DNA of 64,000 nucleotides from a virus. Made by a program: the position numbers and the translations under genes. The notes beneath the pieces were generated by a model. That model was not told where the DNA came from and made no database searches. It was given only the letters and a program-made list of their open reading frames with translations. Shown piece after piece: positions 1-7,940 of this stretch. Every line of letters starts with the position of its first letter. The first letter of the stretch is position 1. The stretch is from the IMG/VR virus record IMGVR_UViG_3300027754_000044. One strand, given 5' to 3'.

Positions 1-301
1 CTGAACCACTAAGAGATTTCGCTAGAACTATTCCACTACCGAACGATGTGCTGTATGCGTTTTTAATGTCGGTATTTGGTTCATACGAAAATAAGATATT
101 TTCGTCAGAAATTGTTATCTCTTTTTTTTCTGAAAACATCAAATAATCAGCAAGCCCTACAGACGGACGACCATCTCGTCCTGCCTGAACAACTAGGGCT
201 GCTGGATTTTTCAAAACTGCACCAGAAATTTCTGATGAACGCGATGCATCTGCTACAACTTCTTCACCATTCACGAGTCTAATAACAATAACATTATCCA
301 T
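1..301 (-). CDS. Small conserved T4-like hypothetical protein (Sm-like fold type), runs off the window edge
   Basis: Manual translation MDNVIVIRLVNGEEVVAD...YSTSFGSGIVL; the 'L..GEEVVA' start and 'FGSGIV' end resemble T4-like Sm-like proteins; absent from the ORF track because it is truncated. Confidence 0.6.
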   Translation of the reverse strand, partial: MDNVIVIRLVNGEEVVADASRSSEISGAVLKNPAALVVQAGRDGRPSVGLADYLMFSEKKEITISDENILFSYEPNTDIKNAYSTSFGSGIVLAKSLSGS

Positions 302-317
302 TATTTTTGCCTTTATA

Positions 318-560
318 TTACCAAGTAATTTCGCCAGATGATACTTTACGAAGACCCATATTAATTGCGCTCATTGCTATCATTTGATATTCTACAGGAA
401 TCAAAAACCCATAACTAGTCTGTGCAACTACCGCCACCCCTGCTACGATGTTTGCCCAAAACGTCTTACTATAATACCACTTCTTGCCAGTCATTTCACT
501 TTCAATAACCTCAGTTACTGCCGATGTAATCTTTTCGTTCATTGCTGGTTTAGCTGCCAT
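318..560 (-). CDS. Small membrane protein, holin-like
   Basis: KKWYYSKTFWAN followed by two hydrophobic segments; lies downstream of the endolysin. Confidence 0.5.
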   Translation of the reverse strand: MAAKPAMNEKITSAVTEVIESEMTGKKWYYSKTFWANIVAGVAVVAQTSYGFLIPVEYQMIAMSAINMGLRKVSSGEITW

Positions 561-581
561 ATTAATTTCCTTTATGGTGAG

Positions 582-767
582 TTATTTCTTTTTATCCGGT
601 ACTTTATTTCCATCTAATTTCTTATGAACTTTGATCTTCTTACAAACGTCTTTACCAGTCTTAGAATCTTTCACGCAAGCCTGTTTAACTTCGGCTGCAG
701 CATAAACGATACTATTTGAAAATAATAAACTAAAACCTAAAATAGAAGAGATGATTAGTTTTTTCAT
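582..767 (-). CDS. Small secreted basic protein
   Basis: Signal peptide MKKLIISS...VYA, two Cys, Lys-rich tail; AAGGA SD. Confidence 0.55.
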   Translation of the reverse strand: MKKLIISSILGFSLLFSNSIVYAAAEVKQACVKDSKTGKDVCKKIKVHKKLDGNKVPDKKK

Positions 768-776
768 TTTTGTCCT

Positions 777-1232
777 TTATAATTCGTTCTGTGGGGGTTG
801 CACTGGAGCAGGCTTACCACCAAATCCTGTAACAACTGGAGCTTGCGGAACTGGTGTAGTGGCAGCTGGCTCTGGAACTTTATATGGCATATTCGCGCCT
901 GAAGATGACGTGATAGAAGGCGCAGACACAGGAGCAGGAGAAACAGTGGTAGGTCTCGTAGCCGCTTGTAACGCCATCTTCTGAGCGTCTTTATCATTAC
1001 CCGCTAACATAATTCCAGATAAGGTTCCAGTTAAGAATGTTGCGATAGGGATAATTAATTCAAAGAATTTTTGATCGATTGGAGACATAGCGTTCAATGG
1101 TTGTGTTACAAAAATCAAAGAATATAACACAACGAAAACGATTCCAAATAATGTCAAAGACAGGCAGATACCAATAAAAAATTTAAGACGAGCCATCAAT
1201 TCTTCTTCGGTGTATTTTATATTATTTTCCAC
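777..1232 (-). CDS. Two-TM membrane protein with Pro-rich tail (lysis-cassette associated)
   Basis: Probable GTG start at 1232 with AAGGAG SD; two hydrophobic helices; overlaps the upstream gene. Confidence 0.6.
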   Translation of the reverse strand: MENNIKYTEEELMARLKFFIGICLSLTLFGIVFVVLYSLIFVTQPLNAMSPIDQKFFELIIPIATFLTGTLSGIMLAGNDKDAQKMALQAATRPTTVSPAPVSAPSITSSSGANMPYKVPEPAATTPVPQAPVVTGFGGKPAPVQPPQNEL

Positions 1233-1515
1233 AGTGTGCTCCTTGCGAAACAGTTGCATTACATGTTGAACTTTTTGTAATATCTGTTTTAGTTTGTTCA
1301 TCTTTAGGTGGTCCTAATCTTGGGTCGCGCTGGCCTTTAAAAATATGTTCAGGGCACGTGCGATTCACATCACATATTGGAAGTTTACAAATATCCTTTT
1401 CCCAATTACTAGGATCTTGACAAGGATAACGATATCTATCACCACTGAAAATTGCTAAGGTCAATGGTAATAATAACAATAAACCCAACCACTTTACTAA
1501 TTTTATATCATTCAT
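1222..1515 (-). CDS. Membrane-anchored Cys-rich protein, possible spanin-like lysis accessory
   Basis: N-terminal hydrophobic segment then RYRYPCQDP..C....C.....C; directly after the endolysin. Confidence 0.5.
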   Translation of the reverse strand: MNDIKLVKWLGLLLLLPLTLAIFSGDRYRYPCQDPSNWEKDICKLPICDVNRTCPEHIFKGQRDPRLGPPKDEQTKTDITKSSTCNATVSQGAHCGK

Positions 1516-1517
1516 AA

Positions 1518-2147
1518 CTAAACACCTAATACATGTAGAGCATGATTATAGTGTTTGATTCTATCTTCTAATCCAATCGTTCCGCCGTTAATGCGTTTTG
1601 TTAGTGTTAGTATATCGCCTTTGTCGGCCCACTGATTCAAGTTATTGGTTTCCCAAAACCAGCATGCAGATTGAGCAGCACCTTCAAATGTTTGAAGATA
1701 CTCAGCTGCGTCTTCTACGGCGATATTAACAGACGCCGCAAACCATGAGTAATTATCTTTTCCAGTGAGTTGAATTAGACCACGACCACAGTAACGGAAA
1801 CCATCTCCTGATGCTTCATCACCATTGCCCATTCGATTGGCATAGACTTTATTTGCGATGGCTTCTTGTTTATTTGGTTTGTTTGCATATTCGTTCGCAA
1901 TTTCATCCGTTGGAAAATACTTCGGAAAAATCTTACGCAACGTAACAGCACGATAATTTAAATTTTCTTTCAGCGTAGTGAAACCACCAGATTCATGTGC
2001 GCATTGAGCCATAAAAGCAGCAACTCTTTGCGGTGTTGAAATTTCATAATCTGGAAGCAATACGCATAATGCTCCATACCATGCGTCCAAATACGGAGAC
2101 TTTGGAAGAATTTCTTGTAGGTGTTTCCTTGTGAATACGAATGTCAT
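1518..2147 (-). CDS. Glycoside hydrolase family 19 endolysin
   Basis: AAFMAQCAHESGGF, ENLNY, GRGLIQLTG, TKRINGG..GL.DR motifs; start moved to 2147 on the basis of an AAGGAG SD. Confidence 0.9.
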   Translation of the reverse strand: MTFVFTRKHLQEILPKSPYLDAWYGALCVLLPDYEISTPQRVAAFMAQCAHESGGFTTLKENLNYRAVTLRKIFPKYFPTDEIANEYANKPNKQEAIANKVYANRMGNGDEASGDGFRYCGRGLIQLTGKDNYSWFAASVNIAVEDAAEYLQTFEGAAQSACWFWETNNLNQWADKGDILTLTKRINGGTIGLEDRIKHYNHALHVLGV

Positions 2148-2170
2148 AGAAAATATTCTCCTTAATTTTC

Positions 2171-2202
2171 TATTTATAAGAGGGGGAAGTAAATCCCCCT
2201 CT
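2171..2202 (-). promoter_or_regulatory. T4-type late promoter TATAAATA (2171-2178) preceded by a 9-bp stem hairpin (2179-2202)
   Basis: AGAGGGGGA-tttact-TCCCCCTCT then TATAAATA, upstream of the endolysin. Confidence 0.75.
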
Positions 2203-2206
2203 AATT

Positions 2207-2308
2207 TCACATATTATAGATATTTTTTTTCCTAGCAGTCATTCGAAGTTTTCTAACTTCTTTCAGATAGAAAGATATAGAATTACAAAATTCGATAATT
2301 TTAGCCAT
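2207..2308 (-). CDS. Possible 33-aa basic peptide overlapping the hsp20 end
   Basis: MAKIIEFCNSISFYLKEVRKLRMTARKKNIYNM; GGAGG SD inside the hsp20 3' end; fills the gap. Confidence 0.45.
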   Translation of the reverse strand: MAKIIEFCNSISFYLKEVRKLRMTARKKNIYNM

Positions 2309-2771
2309 GATTAGCCTCCGTTAAAAATTCTTTAGTTGAATTTTGAGAGGCGTTAATCTCAATCTTTTTTGGCTTTTTGTTGTCGGGAACAACATACTCC
2401 AAAGAAATTTTGAGCATACCATTAACTAAATCTGCATTTCGAATTTCAACATTATCTGCCAATTCAAACTTTCGTTTGAAAGAACGATCTGCAATTCCTT
2501 TGTGTAGGAATTCAGCTTTAGAATCGTCAGGTTTTGTCGATGCTGAAACCATTAGGCATCCATTAGTCAGTTCGATATCAATATCTTCTTTCGAGAATCC
2601 AGCGACAGCTAATTCAAGAACGTAGGAATTCTTTTCTGTCTTTTTGATATTGTATGGAGGATAACCTGGAATGGCTTTACCAAGCGCGGTATTGAAAAGT
2701 TCTAGACGATCAAACATCTTATCATAACCAATTGAGAACGGATCAAATTTATGTAGGTCAAACATTGTCAT
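2301..2771 (-). CDS. hsp20: Small heat-shock protein (Hsp20/IbpA family)
   Basis: YPPYNI, LAVAGF, FLHKGIA.R.F.R.F.LA, A.L.NGML.I motifs; SD spacing favours the ATG at 2771. Confidence 0.95.
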   Translation of the reverse strand: MTMFDLHKFDPFSIGYDKMFDRLELFNTALGKAIPGYPPYNIKKTEKNSYVLELAVAGFSKEDIDIELTNGCLMVSASTKPDDSKAEFLHKGIADRSFKRKFELADNVEIRNADLVNGMLKISLEYVVPDNKKPKKIEINASQNSTKEFLTEANHG

Positions 2772-2776
2772 ATACA

Positions 2777-2864
2777 TCTCCTTATATTAAGCAAGATTAA
2801 AATTAAGCCCCCGAAGGCAGCTTATTCAGAGACAACCAACCGATTGCCTCTAAATTTATTTATA
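2777..2864 (-). promoter_or_regulatory. hsp20 leader: late promoter (2857-2864), two hairpins and a ROSE-like SD-sequestering stem
   Basis: TATAAATA; hairpins 2828-2851 and 2805-2823 (cUUCGg loop); UCUUGCUUA-AUA-UAAGGAGA at 2777-2796. Confidence 0.7.
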
Positions 2865-2872
2865 ACAGATTT

Positions 2873-3277
2873 TTAAACGGATCGTTTTTTTCCTATGTTA
2901 TATTTCTGTTCCAGAATCCATTCGCCCTTTTCTTTATGGGAAAGGATCTTTATTTGAGAAATTGGCGCGACAAGTTCTTTGGTTTTTTCTGGGTAGATGA
3001 GTTTATATAGATTCCATTCAGCTAGAAGATTGGCTATGGTGTTTCTTCTTGCTATATCGTCTTCAGAAAAATTGGTAGGCTTTCCATCCAACGCAAAAAG
3101 TTCTTTGAAGTGAACAATGAAATATCTATTTTGTTTGTGTAGTATGTGACAAGACTGAAATAGTTTCTTATCTTTTTTTGAGGCCACACCTATGCGTGTT
3201 AAAGTTTCGCGAATCTTCAGAAAATCATCTGGAGTTTCTAAGAGAACTTCAATCATTTGGTCGATTATTATAGTCAT
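2873..3277 (-). CDS. regA: Translational repressor RegA
   Basis: DDFLKIRETLTRIGVAS, QSCHILHKQ.RYFIVHFKELFALDG; TATAAATA upstream at 3305-3312. Confidence 0.97.
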   Translation of the reverse strand: MTIIIDQMIEVLLETPDDFLKIRETLTRIGVASKKDKKLFQSCHILHKQNRYFIVHFKELFALDGKPTNFSEDDIARRNTIANLLAEWNLYKLIYPEKTKELVAPISQIKILSHKEKGEWILEQKYNIGKKRSV

Positions 3278-3317
3278 TATGCACCTTTAAACACATATAT
3301 CTAGTATTTATAATAAT

Positions 3318-3713
3318 CTATTTTTTCGTGCCCCCTGTATAAAGCGATTCTTTAAGAGATTGAATGTGTTCTTTAGTTAATATCCTAGAAGCATCAATGG
3401 CTTTCTTTAGATTGCACTTATAAACTTCACGAATAATATCTACATTTTCGGATTCTTCTGGCTTCATCCATTTACTAAATCGTTTGCGGCTACGAAGACT
3501 GTTCATGTAGAAGTCGTATTGCAATAGATTGTCTAGATGACCAAGTCGATTCATTTCGTTAGAATACAAAATAGAATCCGCATGGAACGATAACGATCGA
3601 TTTGCTAAAAAAGGTTTGTATTCTTTTTCAGAAAGCTCGTCATTATCCGTTCCGCGCATCATATCCTTTTTGAGATGACTTACACTGTTAATGTAATCGA
3701 ATGGACTACTCAT
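3318..3713 (-). CDS. gp62: Clamp loader small subunit
   Basis: Y.PFLANRSLS, NEMN, QYDFY.NSLR.RKRFSKW; synteny with gp44. Confidence 0.93.
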   Translation of the reverse strand: MSSPFDYINSVSHLKKDMMRGTDNDELSEKEYKPFLANRSLSFHADSILYSNEMNRLGHLDNLLQYDFYMNSLRSRKRFSKWMKPEESENVDIIREVYKCNLKKAIDASRILTKEHIQSLKESLYTGGTKK

Positions 3714-4657
3714 TATTTGAACTGACAGTCAGCCATGATGGAAGTCAAACAAGCAGCGATGTTTATTTCCTGATCCACAACGAATGCGCTCTTGTATTGA
3801 TAGTCGCCGAGAGTCAAAACTAATTGAGGAACTGATTCTGGCTTCAAGTAATCATACGCAGTTTCATACAATTTACGAAAGAGTGTATTCGTTTCCATTG
3901 CATTATTCTGAGCAACCCATTTGCGCATAGAAGTGAAATCACGATCCTTAAGATACTTGATAATGTCTTTCAAATCTACATCTGCGACTTGAGCTAAAAT
4001 TCCGGCATCGATTTTACCATTCGCTGCATGACGTTGTAGTTCATTTAGAACACGCCGCCAGTCTGGAAAGAATTTAGTAATGAGCTGTGCAACAACTTTC
4101 TTGTCATATTCGATTCCTTCTTTTTCAAGAATCATATAAGTCCTTTGAAGGAATTGAGTAGCCAATTCAGCTTTCTCTTTTCCTTCAATCTTGAAATCAA
4201 CAACTGAACATCGAGAATGTAAAGGCGCAATGATTCTATTCTTGAAGTTACAAGTTAGAATAAACCCACAGTTGTTTGAGAACTCTTCCATAAAATTACG
4301 GAGAGCTGGCTGAGTTGAATTAGCATTTAGATAATCCGCTTCATCCAATATGACATACTTCCGGTCAGAAGTAAAGGAAACAGTCGCAGCGTAATTTCGA
4401 ATATCATTACGAAGTGTATCAATATTACCATTCATCGATCCATTAATGATAATATAATCACCATTAATTTCATCCAGCATAGCCCTGGCGACTGTCGTCT
4501 TACCGACTCCAGGCCCACCATTCAATAGCAGATTCGGAATTGCCTTATCATCAACAAATTTTTGGAATATTGTCTTTAGACTATTGGGTAGAATGCAATC
4601 TGCGATTTTATGGGGGCGATATTTTTCAACGAATAAAAATTCTTCACGATCAAGCAT
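3713..4657 (-). CDS. gp44: Clamp loader large subunit
   Basis: EKYRP, Walker A GPGVGKT, ILDEAD, SRC motif. Confidence 0.97.
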   Translation of the reverse strand: MLDREEFLFVEKYRPHKIADCILPNSLKTIFQKFVDDKAIPNLLLNGGPGVGKTTVARAMLDEINGDYIIINGSMNGNIDTLRNDIRNYAATVSFTSDRKYVILDEADYLNANSTQPALRNFMEEFSNNCGFILTCNFKNRIIAPLHSRCSVVDFKIEGKEKAELATQFLQRTYMILEKEGIEYDKKVVAQLITKFFPDWRRVLNELQRHAANGKIDAGILAQVADVDLKDIIKYLKDRDFTSMRKWVAQNNAMETNTLFRKLYETAYDYLKPESVPQLVLTLGDYQYKSAFVVDQEINIAACLTSIMADCQFK

Positions 4658-4699
4658 GTATACTCCATAATATAAATTTAATTCAGACTACATTTAAAA

Positions 4700-5362
4700 T
4701 CAATTTACGCGAGAACCTTGTTCGGTTGCAATCCAATACTCGACATCTCCTGTCTTAGATTTAAAGTTAGCGATGCCTTTAGCAGAAATCGTCACATCAT
4801 AATCTCGCGGTAGCAATTTCAAATTCTCTACTTTGAAAATCATATTATAATTCATAGAGCAAGTGCCAACGGGATAGTCAAAAGTATTTCCGTTGCTTGT
4901 TCTAGAATCAATAGCGGTCATGGATACTACTCCGTCTTGACCTAGGAGAGCGATTTCTGGCAATGACATAACACCTGCAGCTTTGAGCGCATAAGCCATA
5001 ACGTCTTTTTCGATCGTGAATGTTACGTCTACACTTGGAAGAACAATATCTTTTTCCGGCGGTGTTGTGATCGTAGCTGCACTTGCATACGCGTATGTCG
5101 CAGAAGCTTTTTTGTTCTTGATCTTTAGAAGATTTTCTTGAAAATCAAGTTCCGGATCTTCGAACATCGACGTCATGCTGAGTAATTCTGGAAGATTGTA
5201 AATTGCACATTCTTTCGGAAAGGTCTCTGCTACAGTCGCTTGAGCAAGAATAGTTTTCTGGGCAGAAACAGTTCGGATTTTATTACCCGGTTTCAACAAA
5301 ACAGACATGTTAATAGAAGAAAAGTTTTTTAGAATCTCAATTGTTTCATTAGAAAGTTTCAT
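4700..5362 (-). CDS. gp45: Sliding clamp
   Basis: MKLS.ETI.ILKNFSSIN, IYNL.E, Y.V.IS, YWIA.E; synteny. Confidence 0.95.
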   Translation of the reverse strand: MKLSNETIEILKNFSSINMSVLLKPGNKIRTVSAQKTILAQATVAETFPKECAIYNLPELLSMTSMFEDPELDFQENLLKIKNKKASATYAYASAATITTPPEKDIVLPSVDVTFTIEKDVMAYALKAAGVMSLPEIALLGQDGVVSMTAIDSRTSNGNTFDYPVGTCSMNYNMIFKVENLKLLPRDYDVTISAKGIANFKSKTGDVEYWIATEQGSRVN

Positions 5363-5386
5363 TTGTTACTCCATTATTAAAATACA

Positions 5387-5415
5387 ATTATAACACACCT
5401 AAATCTAAATGTAAA
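5387..5415 (-). promoter_or_regulatory. Sigma70-like promoter for the gp45 operon
   Basis: TTTACA-N17-TATAAT. Confidence 0.6.
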
Positions 5416-6273
5416 TCACTTTTTCTTTTTCTTCTTCAACATACTCACATCAGCCGTAGCAGTTACTCCAAGATTCGCTAAGTCGACCAAGGATCCACCG
5501 AAGACATAAGTGCCTTGATGTTCAAGTTTCATCCAAGGACACAGCCAAACTTTGATTCCGGCATCACGTGAATACTGACAGAACATATAATCTTCAGAAA
5601 GATATCGTTTTGTTTTCGGATCGATTACGCAATCGAAATACGCATGAATCTCTCGCGATCCATCAAAATGTTCAGTGCGAACATGATCTGGCTTATATGA
5701 AAGATGAGGATACGCCTTTTTGTATTTCTCAAACACACCGCGCTGAATCATCATGAATCCAGTTCCACCTTCTAGAACTTCTACTGGCTCATTCAATGCG
5801 ATCGACTCTTGACCGTCTGTGGGATTGAAAACATAATCACCAACATATTTCTCTAGATCTTGAGGATTTTTATCTGCGAATCCGCGATCAACAGCTTTCT
5901 TAATCTTTTCCCAAGAAATACATTTCTTTGGGTATGGACCACAAACAACTTCTTTATCGCTACCTGTTGCAGCAATTACAGAAAGAGCGATTACGTCGTC
6001 TGGATCAAATCCGATATCTGCATCGATAAACATCAAATGCGTGCAATCGCTCCGAAGGAATTCGTCAACGAGATAATTTCTGGCTCGCGTTATTAGCGAC
6101 TCGTTATATAGATAGAAAAATCTGACATCCATTCCGTATTTGGAAGAAAGTATTGCTAGGTCCGCAGACGATTTGCAATATTGTCCGGTGCACATTCCGC
6201 CATACATTGGCGTAGCAATAAAAATTTTTCTTTTGCGTAGTTCTTCAATAGACACTGAAATTTCTATAGACAT
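5416..6273 (-). CDS. GT-A fold glycosyltransferase-like protein
   Basis: IATPMYGG, ESLITRARN, FIDAD (DxD), GTGFMMI.R, LSEDY.FC; late promoter TATAAATA at 6306-6313. Confidence 0.75.
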   Translation of the reverse strand: MSIEISVSIEELRKRKIFIATPMYGGMCTGQYCKSSADLAILSSKYGMDVRFFYLYNESLITRARNYLVDEFLRSDCTHLMFIDADIGFDPDDVIALSVIAATGSDKEVVCGPYPKKCISWEKIKKAVDRGFADKNPQDLEKYVGDYVFNPTDGQESIALNEPVEVLEGGTGFMMIQRGVFEKYKKAYPHLSYKPDHVRTEHFDGSREIHAYFDCVIDPKTKRYLSEDYMFCQYSRDAGIKVWLCPWMKLEHQGTYVFGGSLVDLANLGVTATADVSMLKKKKKK

Positions 6274-6344
6274 AATTTTTCACCTTTTGCTATCATTCAA
6301 ACATTTATTTATATCAAAAATTCAGTATAATTTAAATCTATGAT

Positions 6345-6375
6345 AAAAAAACAGGGATGCCTATAGGCATCCCTG
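6345..6375 (-). terminator. Rho-independent terminator
   Basis: CAGGGATGCC-TATA-GGCATCCCTG followed by T7. Confidence 0.9.
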
Positions 6376-6387
6376 CCCAATTGCAGA

Positions 6388-6645
6388 TTACGCAGCGAGT
6401 GCGCGATAACCAGCAGCAATAACGCGACGTGTCGGAGCGCCATGCTTGTAGACTGACGCAACTTGACCATTCGAAAATGTCTTGCGATTGCAATAAATCG
6501 CATAACCTTTTTGGCGAAGGTACGAAGCTACAGCCGACATGTTGCTGATTCCGAATCGTGCCTTGGCTTGACCTTCGGTGAGATCATAACCTTTCTTCAG
6601 GAACGAAAGGACACGTGCTGTTTTGCTAGTTTTGGTTTTAACCAT
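6388..6645 (-). CDS. Small basic winged-HTH-like protein
   Basis: VLSFLKKG.DLT..QAKARFGI.N..A..S.LR..GY pattern; AGGAG SD. Confidence 0.65.
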   Translation of the reverse strand: MVKTKTSKTARVLSFLKKGYDLTEGQAKARFGISNMSAVASYLRQKGYAIYCNRKTFSNGQVASVYKHGAPTRRVIAAGYRALAA

Positions 6646-6675
6646 ATTTTGAAACTCCTATTTAAATTTAAAAAC

Positions 6676-7869
6676 CTACGCAACGATTTGCGGCGTAGTC
6701 TCCTGCACACCAGACTCAATACTACTATCTGATGCTACTGAAGGCGGTTGTGCTACGGTTTCATCTACCTTGGAATATAGATCCAGAAAGGCAGTTTTTG
6801 TTTCTTCATCGAAACGATTGATACACATACGGATAGAACGCATACGATCACCAAAGAGCTTGTATGTCTGAACAATGTGAACAAGACGACGCGTAGAGAT
6901 AACTTCATCAATCGCATTTTCTGCGAACGTCTTTCGAATCACTTCAGCCCACATGATGAGTTTATCTACAAACTTAGATTCATCTTCTATCATCTGACGA
7001 TTATCAGCGAAATACAGATTCAAAATTTTTCGTTCAACAGTAGCATTTGGAAACTGCTGCTCGATCGTGATCGGAAATCGTTCAAGCCATGCGTCATCCA
7101 ACATCGTTGCAGAAACATAACGACCATCTTCAGAACCTTTACCTTTAGTATTGGCTGTTACGATAATATTGAATCCAGTCTGGGCATAAACAACTTCACC
7201 AGTTTTCTTTACGAAATATGGCTTGCCTTCAAGGACTCCTTGCAGACACATGATCTTGCCTGGATCTGCGCGGTCCGCTTCGTCTAAGAGAAGCAATGCA
7301 CCAAGTTCCATTGCACGAAGGACAGGACCTTTAATGAATTTTGTTTCTCCGTTGATGAGTCGAAATCCACCCATCAAATCGTCTTCATCAGTTTCTTTAG
7401 ACAACTGAATACGAATCATTTTCGTATTAGAACGAGAAGCTGCTTGTTCAACCATAAACGTCTTACCGTTTCCAGACATTCCGGAAATAAATATTGGAAA
7501 AAATTGTTTTGATTTTATAATTTTTTCAATGTCTTTGAATTCTCCGAACGGAACATAATGCGAATCACGTTCTGGAACAATTGCATAATTGTGTGACGAT
7601 ACTGCGTTTGGATCAAAATGCATCTTTGCCTCAGTCTCGATCTTTGGGCTGCGAGTAATCGCAACAACTTGTGCAGCCATATTAATGGGTGTAGATTTCA
7701 GGTCTGAAGGCAATTGAAACTTACCCCAACCCACGTTGAATTTTTTCCGATAAAGAAATTTTGCATTATCGTAACCAAGAGACTGAACATACTCTTCGAT
7801 ATCTTTTTTACGAAGAACTGCACTCTTACCAAATTTCTTAATAAGCTCTTCAAGAATAACTTGTTTCAT
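6676..7869 (-). CDS. cobS: MoxR-type AAA+ ATPase (CobS-like)
   Basis: GMSGNGKT, ETDEDDLMGGFRL, LLLDEAD, TANTKG.G, ISTRRLVHI. Confidence 0.9.
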   Translation of the reverse strand: MKQVILEELIKKFGKSAVLRKKDIEEYVQSLGYDNAKFLYRKKFNVGWGKFQLPSDLKSTPINMAAQVVAITRSPKIETEAKMHFDPNAVSSHNYAIVPERDSHYVPFGEFKDIEKIIKSKQFFPIFISGMSGNGKTFMVEQAASRSNTKMIRIQLSKETDEDDLMGGFRLINGETKFIKGPVLRAMELGALLLLDEADRADPGKIMCLQGVLEGKPYFVKKTGEVVYAQTGFNIIVTANTKGKGSEDGRYVSATMLDDAWLERFPITIEQQFPNATVERKILNLYFADNRQMIEDESKFVDKLIMWAEVIRKTFAENAIDEVISTRRLVHIVQTYKLFGDRMRSIRMCINRFDEETKTAFLDLYSKVDETVAQPPSVASDSSIESGVQETTPQIVA

Positions 7870-7904
7870 TTTATTTCCATTATATAATTGATACGGGAGT
7901 TACT

Positions 7905-7935
7905 ATTATACTTCACTCACAGCTAATTGTCAAGG
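7905..7935 (-). promoter_or_regulatory. Early sigma70 promoter
   Basis: CCTTGACAATTA...; TTGACA-N17-TATAAT. Confidence 0.85.
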
Positions 7936-7940
7936 CAAAT

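Noticed and set aside
6676-7869. Cobalamin biosynthesis auxiliary pathway
   Set aside because: No cobN or other cob genes; a generic MoxR/vWA pair is the simpler reading
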